Virus record (IMG/VR): IMGVR_UViG_3300010167_000022 | DNA from: a virus | Direction: 5' to 3' (one strand) | Length of the DNA stretch: 64,000 bases | In this document: positions 38,770 through 48,114 of the stretch, piece by piece | Position numbering within the stretch: position 1 is the stretch's first letter | Layout: each line of letters begins with the position of its first letter | Made by a program: the position numbers and the translations under genes | Notes under the pieces: model-generated | What the model was told of the DNA's origin: nothing | The model's database searches: none | Seen by the model: the letters and a program-made list of their open reading frames with translations, nothing else

Positions 38770-39357
38770 TTATAATAAATCAAAAATCCCGTCTCCACAA
38801 TCTTCATTCCACTGCATAATGAATTCATATGTGAATGTATCGCTTAGATTGTTATAAATATCTATAACTGTCCATCCATCATCTATAAGCCTAAATATAT
38901 ATTCTGTCACATTATTTACAATCAACTCATCAAATGATATATTAATTATTGATTCTTTTTCTTTTTCTTTTTCTTGTATGCTTCTTTCTTCTATTTCTAT
39001 CGCTTCTTTAGAAGCAATAGTTTCGCTTTCGATTATTTCAGCAACAATTTTTAATAGGTCATCTTTTGATAAATTATTAGAATATAAAAACTTGCAATCT
39101 GTAAATGTTATGTTGTTGATAAGATGAATAGAATAATAATATTCACTTGGTTCTAAATCCCATTTTTCTTCAGTTATATGTAGTGAAGCTTTATTCCCAT
39201 TTTTGTCTTCTAAGAATAAACAATAGTCCCCTGCACATCTATCCCCATTATCATTTGTTTCTCCATCTTTTTCAAGTCTTTCTAACAGCATATTAGTTAA
39301 TATTCCTGGTTGTACAATAGTTTTAAACATATATTCACCTAATTTCAGAATTCTCAA
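38770..39357 (-). CDS. acidic hypothetical protein
   Basis: ORF 195 aa. Confidence 0.5.
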   Translation of the reverse strand: MRILKLGEYMFKTIVQPGILTNMLLERLEKDGETNDNGDRCAGDYCLFLEDKNGNKASLHITEEKWDLEPSEYYYSIHLINNITFTDCKFLYSNNLSKDDLLKIVAEIIESETIASKEAIEIEERSIQEKEKEKESIINISFDELIVNNVTEYIFRLIDDGWTVIDIYNNLSDTFTYEFIMQWNEDCGDGIFDLL

Positions 39358-40291
39358 TTAAAACTAGTTTCCAATCTCCGCTATGATAGATTGTTTTTGT
39401 ACGACTGTCTTTTATTACAGCATTATCACACAGTATAATACTATCTTGTTTTATACCTTTTGAGAACAAATTATTTTGTATTGACACAATTGAGCTATCT
39501 CTCATCTCTCTTACAGTCGAGCTACCCCACATCTCTCTTATATTTGAACTTCCACTCATCACTCCTACAATTGAGCTTTCCCACATCGTTTCTACGGTTG
39601 AGTTATCACACATCAGACGCACAGTTGAGCTATCTCTCATATCTCTAACAGTTGATCCTTGCAACATCTTTTCTACAATTGATCTTTGCCTCATCACTCC
39701 TACAGTTGAGCTATCCCACATCTTTTCTACAATTGAGCTATCATTCATCTCTCTTATATTTGAGCTATCCCACATCTCTCTTACAGTTGAGCTATCACAC
39801 ATCTCTCTTATATTTGAGCTATCCCACATCACTCCTACAGTTGAGCTATCACACATCTTTTCTACAATTGTGCTATCACACATCAGACGCACAGTTGAGC
39901 TTTTCAACATTGCAATATTTACATTGCCTGTCAATATAATATCGTTACAATCTTTTAAATAATAATTAGCTCCTGTTGACAATTCTAATCCGTCAACACC
40001 AATATAAATACGGGATTTAGCCCATTCTTTTACTGCAGTGATCATGCGTTCTTTTTCATAATCTTTAACAAACCAGTCAGGCACTATATCTTGGTTAACA
40101 TTAAATCTCCATGTAGCAATATCAGAAAAGACATTATTGTCTTGTGGAATAAGTTCTACACGTACAAAAATAGGCTTAGTATTTTCGGGATTGCCATCTA
40201 TATTTAATTCTTTAAACATATCTGCATAATTGTCGTAGTCTGGTATAAAAACTCTATCCTTTAAAATAATTCCACTTTTAAACAAATACAT
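39335..40291 (-). CDS. tandem 8-residue-repeat protein (about 18 units of xDSSTVxEM); start at MYLFKSG after an AAAAGGGG RBS
   Basis: 24-bp DNA repeats 39480-39915, in frame; the track's first 22 codons read through the upstream palindrome. Confidence 0.55.
   Translation of the reverse strand: MYLFKSGIILKDRVFIPDYDNYADMFKELNIDGNPENTKPIFVRVELIPQDNNVFSDIATWRFNVNQDIVPDWFVKDYEKERMITAVKEWAKSRIYIGVDGLELSTGANYYLKDCNDIILTGNVNIAMLKSSTVRLMCDSTIVEKMCDSSTVGVMWDSSNIREMCDSSTVREMWDSSNIREMNDSSIVEKMWDSSTVGVMRQRSIVEKMLQGSTVRDMRDSSTVRLMCDNSTVETMWESSIVGVMSGSSNIREMWGSSTVREMRDSSIVSIQNNLFSKGIKQDSIILCDNAVIKDSRTKTIYHSGDWKLVLIENSEIR
39480..39915. repeat. imperfect 24-bp tandem repeat array, about 18 units, coding
   Basis: units such as tacagttgagctatcacacatctc; no unique spacers. 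Confidence 0.7.
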
Positions 40292-40330
40292 ATAAATAAC
40301 CCCTTTTATTATAATATTTTTATTTTTTAA

Positions 40331-40358
40331 TTTGAATAGAATGCGTCTTCTATTCAAA
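40331..40358. promoter_or_regulatory. PeSL-like palindromic intergenic element
   Basis: tttgaatagaatgcgtcttctattcaaa. Confidence 0.55.
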
Positions 40359-40443
40359 TTTTTATGTATATTTATACATTATTCAATACTTTATACATTA
40401 ATTATACATCAAAAATGTATAATTATACACTGTTTTATAACTG

Positions 40444-40743
40444 CTAAACGCGATTTTCTGTATCCCATATATTTATCTCTTTTTCTTTTTGAACACGGCA
40501 AGAGCATAAGACTTGTTCAAACATTGCTTCTGTGAACCACATATCTATATGGCGTATCCTGTACATCATTACATTGGAATAATCATTCCGACAACGATCA
40601 ATAATTTCTCCACTACGCCCACCATAATGAACATGGGCACCTTGAGCATTAATTCCACCATAAAATTCATGTTCAATTAAATCTTTTCTTACTATTGCCA
40701 ATTTACCAATAAGTGTATCTCGCAATGCTATCAAATCCTTCAC
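40444..40743 (-). CDS. hypothetical protein
   Basis: ORF 99 aa. Confidence 0.45.
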   Translation of the reverse strand: MKDLIALRDTLIGKLAIVRKDLIEHEFYGGINAQGAHVHYGGRSGEIIDRCRNDYSNVMMYRIRHIDMWFTEAMFEQVLCSCRVQKEKEINIWDTENRV

Positions 40744-40853
40744 AGAATATATTTTCGCAAATTTGATTATATTTTATCACTAAAAATATATGAATAGAAA
40801 TAATATTCTAGTGAACTACCATACGCAGCTTTTATTTCAAATTATAATTAATT

Positions 40854-41171
40854 CTAATAATCATCTGCAATATTAATAAACTCATCGCAAGGGTCATACC
40901 CCTCGAAAATAATATTAAATATCTCTTCTAATAGCTGTCCCCATACAGGATTCTCTTCGTTATCAGGAGAGCCGCTATTCATCATACTTACAACCCATTC
41001 AGCAAACTCTTTTCTTTTCCCAGGAATTACTTTTGCAAATAGTTTGTCATCTTCAATATTATTAGGGCTATTATGAAATAACCATACTAAATCCTTTAGT
41101 GTGATTTCCATTTTTAGTTTATCATTTGTTACTTTAAATTTCATAATTTGGTTATTGGCTTCTATTGCCAT
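40854..41171 (-). CDS. hypothetical protein
   Basis: ORF 105 aa; GGAGGA RBS. Confidence 0.5.
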   Translation of the reverse strand: MAIEANNQIMKFKVTNDKLKMEITLKDLVWLFHNSPNNIEDDKLFAKVIPGKRKEFAEWVVSMMNSGSPDNEENPVWGQLLEEIFNIIFEGYDPCDEFINIADDY

Positions 41172-41191
41172 TATAATTCCTCCTCAAAATA

Positions 41192-41219
41192 TTTAAATAG
41201 AAATGATCTTCTATTAAAA
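41192..41219. promoter_or_regulatory. PeSL-like palindromic intergenic element
   Basis: tttaaatagaaatgatcttctattaaaa. Confidence 0.55.
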
Positions 41220-41241
41220 CTATAAATTGATATAATAAATA

Positions 41242-41667
41242 TTAACACTCTAATATAAAATGCATATATTCTCCCATGTGAGAATGGATTTCTCGTTCTA
41301 AGTCATAACCGCCAATATGGAATGTTTCTAAGCAATACCCAGTAATAGCATATTCTGAATATCCAGTTAGTCTTATATCTGTTTCGATATCGCCTTCTAA
41401 TTTACATATCAATGAACCAACTGCTTCATCTAATGTAGATTTATGATTAGTAAAGTAAATTCGAAGACTGGCATCATAGATATATGACATTTCACCACCT
41501 AGTCCATCCTTAATTCCTTTTACACTTCCATTATCATATGCAAAATTATGAACTAATTTAGGTATAGAGTTAGCTTCACATAATTTCACTTTTCTATTTG
41601 TTTCATCAACTGAAATAACACCGCAGTCATCAGTTACAACAAAACCATTAATATATAATTCAGCCAT
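41242..41667 (-). CDS. hypothetical protein
   Basis: ORF 141 aa. Confidence 0.5.
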   Translation of the reverse strand: MAELYINGFVVTDDCGVISVDETNRKVKLCEANSIPKLVHNFAYDNGSVKGIKDGLGGEMSYIYDASLRIYFTNHKSTLDEAVGSLICKLEGDIETDIRLTGYSEYAITGYCLETFHIGGYDLEREIHSHMGEYMHFILEC

Positions 41668-41692
41668 TTTAATAAGCTCCTTTAAATATAAT

Positions 41693-41719
41693 TTTTAATA
41701 GAAGCATACTTCTATTAAG
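41693..41719. promoter_or_regulatory. PeSL-like palindromic intergenic element
   Basis: ttttaatagaagcatacttctattaag. Confidence 0.55.
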
Positions 41720-41767
41720 ATACTTCATAGCGCATATTCATACACAATCTATTATTTTATGTTAATA

Positions 41768-42193
41768 CTAGTTAAAATCAGATTGTTCTAATATTTTCGT
41801 TTGTATAAGATGAACAAATTTATATTCCTGCGAAGCTAAACTATCGTTAATTAAACTATTATATCCAGATAATGCATCGTCATAATTATCGCCATAGTCT
41901 TCTTCAATATATTCTCCATATTCTTTATCTTCTGACACAACAGAATAGCTAACATTATTTTCTATTTCTTGATTTGGATAATTGGGATAGTTAGAAGGTT
42001 TTTCTATGTATATAGCCGCCCAATGTGTAACCCCATTCATCTTAACATCACTTCTTACATCAATCCAGTGAGAAATTCCTACTTTATGGTACTTATTAAA
42101 TGTCCAAACATAACTTACAATATTATTTACATCTTCTGTTCCTGGCATTCTATCATTACATTTAATCCAATTAACATACATATTACCACTCAT
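41768..42193 (-). CDS. hypothetical protein
   Basis: ORF 141 aa. Confidence 0.5.
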   Translation of the reverse strand: MSGNMYVNWIKCNDRMPGTEDVNNIVSYVWTFNKYHKVGISHWIDVRSDVKMNGVTHWAAIYIEKPSNYPNYPNQEIENNVSYSVVSEDKEYGEYIEEDYGDNYDDALSGYNSLINDSLASQEYKFVHLIQTKILEQSDFN

Positions 42194-42206
42194 CTCTTAT
42201 TATTAT

Positions 42207-42386
42207 TTACTCGTTATCTTTTTGTTCGTACTCTAATATACGTTCCGCTGCATCAAAAATAAAATTTTTAATATCTTCGTGTGCAAAAATCATATATGCT
42301 TTATAAAAGCCATCCCCTAAAAATATTTCTAAATGACCGTCTTTATCTCTTCGTACAATTTTTTCTTTTATCATATTATTATCCAT
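42207..42386 (-). CDS. small hypothetical protein, about 59 aa
   Basis: manual: GGAGATG RBS then ATGGATAATAATATG...; not in track. Confidence 0.35.
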   Translation of the reverse strand: MDNNMIKEKIVRRDKDGHLEIFLGDGFYKAYMIFAHEDIKNFIFDAAERILEYEQKDNE

Positions 42387-42405
42387 ATTATCATCTCCTT
42401 ATAAT

Positions 42406-42858
42406 CTATTTATATAATTTTTTATATCTTGTAATGCGATTTTTAATATCATCTATTGCTATACGTTGAAAATTTTTTATTTTAAAATCATCTTTTAATG
42501 ATGAATTAAAATATGTTTCAAGCAATATATCATTATAAATATATCCGCCTACAGTATAAAATTTTATTCCACTAATGTCAATCTGCATATATGTAATATC
42601 ATGCTCATCAACTAGTGCAAATGCAGTAATCAAGTCATGTTCATATTTTCCAAATACAATATTTTCATCTGTACTAATATTATTAAATCCATCTAACTCA
42701 TTAATCAATCCATCTATTTTCCAATATCTATTTTTAATTCTAAAAATAGTTCCTCTACAAGTTAGAAAGTCAATTCCTTTATATGTTGTATCATTGCCAT
42801 TATTATTTAATAATCTATCTTTATTAAAGATAAGAACTCCATAATCTGCTCCAGCCAT
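42406..42858 (-). CDS. hypothetical protein
   Basis: ORF 150 aa. Confidence 0.5.
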   Translation of the reverse strand: MAGADYGVLIFNKDRLLNNNGNDTTYKGIDFLTCRGTIFRIKNRYWKIDGLINELDGFNNISTDENIVFGKYEHDLITAFALVDEHDITYMQIDISGIKFYTVGGYIYNDILLETYFNSSLKDDFKIKNFQRIAIDDIKNRITRYKKLYK

Positions 42859-42891
42859 TAATTATCATCTCCTTAAATTATTATTTAATAT

Positions 42892-43188
42892 TTATATTAT
42901 TAATTCTGTAATAACCCAAGCATCTGAACAATTATGACTAATATCAGACCATGCAAAATCATTTGATAAACCCCAAAAATCTCCTTCTTCATAATCATCT
43001 AGCGTACATTCTTCAAATTTACCTGTAACATCATTATATGCATTACATACACTTGCATTTAATTTATTAACCATTTCATTATATGCAGATGTATAGTCTG
43101 TATATATCTCACTATATATATTCCATCCTACAGAATGTGAAATTGTAGTTAACATATATCTTTTATTTGGATCAATATTTATAATCAT
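42892..43188 (-). CDS. hypothetical protein (start at MIINIDPNK after a GGAGATGG RBS)
   Basis: the track's N-terminal extension lacks an RBS. Confidence 0.45.
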   Translation of the reverse strand: MIINIDPNKRYMLTTISHSVGWNIYSEIYTDYTSAYNEMVNKLNASVCNAYNDVTGKFEECTLDDYEEGDFWGLSNDFAWSDISHNCSDAWVITELII

Positions 43189-43210
43189 ATAGCCATCTCC
43201 ATAAATTTGC

Positions 43211-43312
43211 TTATTTAATAAATAATAAATATAGTATACCAAAAATAATATATCCCAAAATAAGCTGTCCTAATATACAAGATAATACGAATAATATTTT
43301 GTTTTTCACCAT
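43211..43312 (-). CDS. small membrane peptide, about 33 aa
   Basis: manual: MVKNKILFVLSCILGQLILGYIIFGILYLLFIK. Confidence 0.25.
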   Translation of the reverse strand: MVKNKILFVLSCILGQLILGYIIFGILYLLFIK

Positions 43313-43349
43313 CGTTCACCTACGCATTCTTTTTATTATTAATAATTTG

Positions 43350-43583
43350 TTATCCAAAATACCTATGCATAACATTACTATTTGTATAATGCTTTGCCCA
43401 ATATGGTTCTGGTTTTATTTTAGAGGATGCATTATTAATCATTTGATAAAACACCTTATCACTATGCCCTGAACTTCTATTATAAATAATACAAGTATAT
43501 TTATCTACTATCATTGTATTAAAATCTTCGTTTCCAGTTGATATAACATTATAATTTCTAATAAATTTTGACATAATAAACAC
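43350..43583 (-). CDS. hypothetical protein
   Basis: ORF 77 aa. Confidence 0.45.
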   Translation of the reverse strand: MFIMSKFIRNYNVISTGNEDFNTMIVDKYTCIIYNRSSGHSDKVFYQMINNASSKIKPEPYWAKHYTNSNVMHRYFG

Positions 43584-43607
43584 TCCTATTATTAATTATC
43601 ACAAAAG

Positions 43608-43636
43608 TTTTCATAGAATAATGATTCTATTTAAAT
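43608..43636. promoter_or_regulatory. PeSL-like palindromic intergenic element
   Basis: ttttcatagaataatgattctatttaaat. Confidence 0.5.
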
Positions 43637-43657
43637 ATAATACAACATAATCTTAAT

Positions 43658-44344
43658 TTATTCCGCTAACTTTCTATCTATGAGTGAACTAATATCATTT
43701 AAAACAATATCATATTCATCGCTGCTTGTATTAATATAACCATTAATTCCATTATTAATTAATTCTTTCATTGCTGAAACTGAATCATTTTTTGTTAGAA
43801 TTATAAAATATGAATATGAAAATATTTTTTGCAACCTACTTATTAATAATAAAATATAATTAGTTACATCATTAATATTTATCAAAATGAAATCAAAATC
43901 ACAAATTTCACTTGGCAAATTATCTACATCTCTTAAATCTATAACGCTTGTATGTATATTTTTATTTTTCATCATATTGACAATATCTTGTCTCAATATT
44001 CTACTATCACAAAACATATCGTCTATATACAAGATTCTATTATCACAATTATCAAAAGTTACTTCATTGCGTTGCCAAATTGATTTAATTCTACTTTCAC
44101 ATGTTTTTAATATATCATTATCTGTACATGGAATATATACTTCCATTATATCATATAAATTATTTGAATGATTACACATATTTTCAGAATAAGAACATGG
44201 GACGTTAAATCCTCCTCCATTAAAATTTGCCAATATAAAATTAAGTTTACCATATTTTTCGGTAATATAGTTTTCAATTACTAAATACATATTATTATTT
44301 CTTGTTCTTACTCTCATTCCAGACTTTAAATCATACAAATTCAT
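43658..44344 (-). CDS. hypothetical protein
   Basis: ORF 228 aa. Confidence 0.5.
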   Translation of the reverse strand: MNLYDLKSGMRVRTRNNNMYLVIENYITEKYGKLNFILANFNGGGFNVPCSYSENMCNHSNNLYDIMEVYIPCTDNDILKTCESRIKSIWQRNEVTFDNCDNRILYIDDMFCDSRILRQDIVNMMKNKNIHTSVIDLRDVDNLPSEICDFDFILININDVTNYILLLISRLQKIFSYSYFIILTKNDSVSAMKELINNGINGYINTSSDEYDIVLNDISSLIDRKLAE

Positions 44345-44354
44345 GCAATCGCCC

Positions 44355-44948
44355 TCATTTTTTATTATATTTTTCTAAACATTTTTCTAAAATATTAATC
44401 CATTTATTCCATTCATTAAATTTATCTTCTAATTTAACAATAATATCTTCATCATATAGTGTTTTATTTATTTTAATTTTTAATTTAGCAATTATTATTT
44501 TAATTGCAATTTCATTTTTGCAAACACGATGCATATATTGTTCATATGTTTCTCTTTCTTGTTTTGTAAGACAATCAACAATACTTGCAATATTTTCATC
44601 AAAGTCTTTTTCTATTAAATTTATATTTAATAAATCGTTATCATGATTCATGTTAATGATGTCATGTAATATAGCTGCTATTTTTCCTTCATTAGTATCA
44701 AGAAGTTCAGATGCTGCTATTAAATGAATCACATATGGCAATCCTGATTCATCATATTGTTTATCATGTGCAATTATAGCTCTACATAATGCTCTGGTAT
44801 AATCTGACATATAATATTCTTGCATATTAATTTTGCTCCTATATTTATCATTATCATTATGTTTATATTTATTTATTTTAAATTTATTTAAAAAACATAT
44901 CGTTACTAATGCTACAACAGATATTACAATATACCAAATAATTATCAC
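44355..44948 (-). CDS. membrane-anchored protein with a possible HD-domain motif
   Basis: N-terminal TM; HLIAASEL...AILHDII matches the H...HD pattern. Confidence 0.4.
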   Translation of the reverse strand: MIIIWYIVISVVALVTICFLNKFKINKYKHNDNDKYRSKINMQEYYMSDYTRALCRAIIAHDKQYDESGLPYVIHLIAASELLDTNEGKIAAILHDIINMNHDNDLLNINLIEKDFDENIASIVDCLTKQERETYEQYMHRVCKNEIAIKIIIAKLKIKINKTLYDEDIIVKLEDKFNEWNKWINILEKCLEKYNKK

Positions 44949-44970
44949 TCCTTATATATGTTATAAAATA

Positions 44971-44998
44971 TTTTAATAGAAACTTAGTTCTATTCAAA
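44971..44998. promoter_or_regulatory. PeSL-like palindromic intergenic element
   Basis: ttttaatagaaacttagttctattcaaa. Confidence 0.55.
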
Positions 44999-45229
44999 TT
45001 TATAGTTGGTAATACCATATATATTAAATATCTGAATCAGAAATTCTTTTGTAGCATTCAAAATAAATATAAAATCAGTATCATCAATTCCTAAAATAAT
45101 ATTTTTATTCCTACGTGATGTAATATATATACAATTATCAATAATATTATCTATATCATATGCTTTATTTTTCTCAAATATTTCATCTGTAAATTTTGAT
45201 ATTGCAATATTATATAATTTATTTTCCAT
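44990..45229 (-). CDS. hypothetical protein (paralog of the C-terminal half of 58113..58574)
   Basis: YNIAISKFTDEIFEKNKAYDIDNI compared with YNIAISKKSDENFEKDYVYNIYDI. Confidence 0.5.
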   Translation of the reverse strand: MENKLYNIAISKFTDEIFEKNKAYDIDNIIDNCIYITSRRNKNIILGIDDTDFIFILNATKEFLIQIFNIYGITNYKFE

Positions 45230-45278
45230 TTTTATTCTCCTTTTTTATGATAAAATAAATTGCTAATTAATATTTATA

Positions 45279-45497
45279 TTATATTGCTTTAAGAGATTCT
45301 ATTTCATCTTCTAATTCTAATATCCTACAAAGCATATGATATATTAGATTATCTCCTATTATATCTTGCCATGGTTCTCCATATCGTAATGCTTCCATAG
45401 GAACTCCATTTTCGTTAATTAGAATAGTATATTTATTATCATAGAAGTTAATTCGTTTCCAATGAGTTTTATCAATTTTATTTTTATTAATATCCAT
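45279..45497 (-). CDS. hypothetical protein
   Basis: ORF 72 aa. Confidence 0.45.
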   Translation of the reverse strand: MDINKNKIDKTHWKRINFYDNKYTILINENGVPMEALRYGEPWQDIIGDNLIYHMLCRILELEDEIESLKAI

Positions 45498-45615
45498 TAA
45501 TGTACCCCTATCTAATATTTATTATTAATAATATCATAGATAAATAATAATTGCAATACTTATTATTATAACAATCAGCACACCCCATTTTAATCAAATA
45601 GCAGTTCTATTTAGA

Positions 45616-45822
45616 TTAAAGCACTCGTTTTAATTCTTTAATTTCATCATATAACTCTACATATTCACTTGGTAGATTATTATATTCTCCTGTATCATCA
45701 TCATAGTTATACTCAATAGTATCTTCATCAAGAACTTCTATGTCAACATTTAAATTATCTGAATATACATTTTGAACCCTACCTCCACTTACTACAATTA
45801 TCATTCTTGTATGTTTAATCAT
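45616..45822 (-). CDS. hypothetical acidic protein
   Basis: ORF 68 aa. Confidence 0.45.
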   Translation of the reverse strand: MIKHTRMIIVVSGGRVQNVYSDNLNVDIEVLDEDTIEYNYDDDTGEYNNLPSEYVELYDEIKELKRVL

Positions 45823-45957
45823 AACGGATTCCCCCTAATAAATGATACTCCATAAAATTCCCAAAGCACTATCCTAAAAATAATATGTAGTCCAAGCCAC
45901 TTTATGCATTCTATTATATTCTTTTTTATATATAAAAACCATTATATAAAGATTGAA

Positions 45958-46218
45958 TTATGATGCAGCTTTCAACTCAACGCTAACAACTGCTTGAACA
46001 ATAGGCATACTTTCCCAAATTTTCTTATTTATTTTCTCAATGCCGTTATAATCTAAGAACATATTAATATGTTTTAATGTTGACATGCTATACCCATCCC
46101 AGTGCCTTACTATTTTTTTATTTACAACACTTGCTACGTGAGTTTCGTAGCTTATAAGCATATTGTCGTTAATAATTATGCAATTAATTCCTGTTTTTAC
46201 AATTCTCATAATAACCAT
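45958..46218 (-). CDS. hypothetical protein
   Basis: ORF 86 aa. Confidence 0.45.
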   Translation of the reverse strand: MVIMRIVKTGINCIIINDNMLISYETHVASVVNKKIVRHWDGYSMSTLKHINMFLDYNGIEKINKKIWESMPIVQAVVSVELKAAS

Positions 46219-46248
46219 CCTTTATTTATTATATTGGATCATAATCTA

Positions 46249-46431
46249 TTAGTCTTTATACTCTAAAAATGTACCAGTAACACATTTGCGTCTTGAAGCT
46301 TTAATTTGTAATAATTCTTCTGCTTCATCATTTGATCTTGCCGAAATATTAAATTCATTAGTCTTTCCGCTTTTGAACATTATAACAGCAGGATAAAACT
46401 GGTATATTATTTCGCTATTTTTTTCTTTCAT
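46249..46431 (-). CDS. hypothetical protein
   Basis: ORF 60 aa. Confidence 0.4.
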   Translation of the reverse strand: MKEKNSEIIYQFYPAVIMFKSGKTNEFNISARSNDEAEELLQIKASRRKCVTGTFLEYKD

Positions 46432-46474
46432 AATAAACTTACCACCTTTCTGTATTTTTTATATACACATAATT

Positions 46475-47155
46475 CTATTTTATTCTTCCATCATATGCAT
46501 CTAACCATATCTGCTTTGATTTATCATCTTCTAAAAAGTCATAATATGAATAGTTGCATCCAATATCTTCGCATATATCATATATATATCCGTATTTTCC
46601 TATAAAATATCCACCAAGATAACTAAACCATGCTGATACAATTTTATAATAATCTTTTTTACATATTGATTGAATAAACTCATCTTTTGTCTGTGGAAAT
46701 AAACACATAAATCCATCATATGATTTATATTGTTCGTATGCCCATTTTAAAAATTTCTTATCTCCAAGTGCTGTGTCACACAATTTTGCAAATTCTTTAT
46801 CATCTATTTCTATAGAAAATTCTAAGCGGTCTGAATTATAGTTATAATATTGAGGACTCCAAATCCATGCCTTATCGAGAACTTTAACATCCCAACCTTC
46901 TTTATTCATATGTACATTGAAGAAGTCTTTTATACAATTTAATGCATATTCAGTAATAATATTTTTATATTTCTCTATATTAGTATTGCAGTGTGCTTCA
47001 TAATATATTTTGTCGTTTTTAGATATATTACTTGCCTCATATACAACACTATCAGTCTCATCAAACATGTTATCTATAGATAGAATAGTTTCATACATTC
47101 CAACGTCTACTATTGGCAAAATATCTGTATCTAAATCTATTTTTATAGTTGCCAT
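46475..47155 (-). CDS. hypothetical protein (paralog of 54219..54893)
   Basis: LPIVDVGMY and DKKFLKWAYEQYKSYDGFMCLFPQTKDEF compared with DKDFMKWIYDKYKSCSGFISFMPYREDEY. Confidence 0.55.
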   Translation of the reverse strand: MATIKIDLDTDILPIVDVGMYETILSIDNMFDETDSVVYEASNISKNDKIYYEAHCNTNIEKYKNIITEYALNCIKDFFNVHMNKEGWDVKVLDKAWIWSPQYYNYNSDRLEFSIEIDDKEFAKLCDTALGDKKFLKWAYEQYKSYDGFMCLFPQTKDEFIQSICKKDYYKIVSAWFSYLGGYFIGKYGYIYDICEDIGCNYSYYDFLEDDKSKQIWLDAYDGRIK

Positions 47156-47187
47156 TTATATCAACTCCTTATAATATATGCTTGTTA

Positions 47188-47646
47188 TCAATTCATATTT
47201 TGTCTATATTCCCAAACCATATTTGCAGCATTTATAAAATCATTTTTAGAGAAGGGATTGTTATCAGAAAGTATATCAGAAGTATTACAATAGTTTTGTA
47301 TATACATTGTCATTGCCTTCTTAACAATAAGTCCAACCTTAATAATAGGCACAACGCTTGTTAGGCTTACATTATTTAATTCTTTATTATTTAATTCTTT
47401 TTCAAAATTATTAATAGTATAATTATACAATTCCTTAGTTTCTGCTTTCATATTAACACTTGGACTGACGATGCTTTTTAAATTTTGTTTCTTGCATTTT
47501 ACTTCTACATCAATCAAATCTTCGTTTGCAATTTCTACATTCATAATAATATGAAAAGATTCTTTATATTTTTCTTTGTACATGCATACATCCTCATGTA
47601 TACAATCATTACAAGGCATACTATTTTCCACAACCATAAAATACAC
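47188..47646 (-). CDS. hypothetical protein
   Basis: ORF 152 aa. Confidence 0.5.
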   Translation of the reverse strand: MYFMVVENSMPCNDCIHEDVCMYKEKYKESFHIIMNVEIANEDLIDVEVKCKKQNLKSIVSPSVNMKAETKELYNYTINNFEKELNNKELNNVSLTSVVPIIKVGLIVKKAMTMYIQNYCNTSDILSDNNPFSKNDFINAANMVWEYRQNMN

Positions 47647-47681
47647 CAGCCTTTTATGTTTATTTTATATTTTGTTTTAAA

Positions 47682-48050
47682 CTAGATTGTTAGCAGGTTA
47701 AAATAAAAACCAGCTAATAATTTTATAATCTTCTTATCTGACATAGTAGGGTATGGGCTTCCATTGCTAGGTGAGTGTTCTCTTAATGAACACAACGGAT
47801 ACAAATTATCTGCTTGGAATATTTCAATGAATCCATCAGCATTATCCGAAATTTCATATAGAGAAATATTATTTGTTGTTAAGAATCCAATTTTAACTAA
47901 CATATCGAGTATATCTTGTTGGCTAGTATCATCTGAAATAGGAATATTATTACAGTAAAAACTTATATTATTAACCTCATAACCATCTTCATCATTACCC
48001 CATACATCAAAGTAGTTAACTAAAGAATAAAGTTTAATTTTATTTAACAT
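47682..48050 (-). CDS. hypothetical protein (start at MLNKIKLYSL after an AAAGAGGAG RBS)
   Basis: the track's N-terminal extension is a read-through of the palindromic element. Confidence 0.5.
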   Translation of the reverse strand: MLNKIKLYSLVNYFDVWGNDEDGYEVNNISFYCNNIPISDDTSQQDILDMLVKIGFLTTNNISLYEISDNADGFIEIFQADNLYPLCSLREHSPSNGSPYPTMSDKKIIKLLAGFYFNLLTI

Positions 48051-48084
48051 AAAACTACTCCTCTTTAATATTTTATTAATAATA

Positions 48085-48112
48085 TTTGAATAGAAATTCA
48101 ATTCTATTTAAA
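48085..48112. promoter_or_regulatory. PeSL-like palindromic intergenic element
   Basis: tttgaatagaaattcaattctatttaaa. Confidence 0.55.
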
Positions 48113-48114
48113 TA

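Noticed and set aside
39480-39915. The 24-bp tandem repeats as a CRISPR array
   Set aside because: There are no unique spacers between repeats. The array is contiguous, in frame and translated as an octapeptide-repeat protein, and no cas genes are present.
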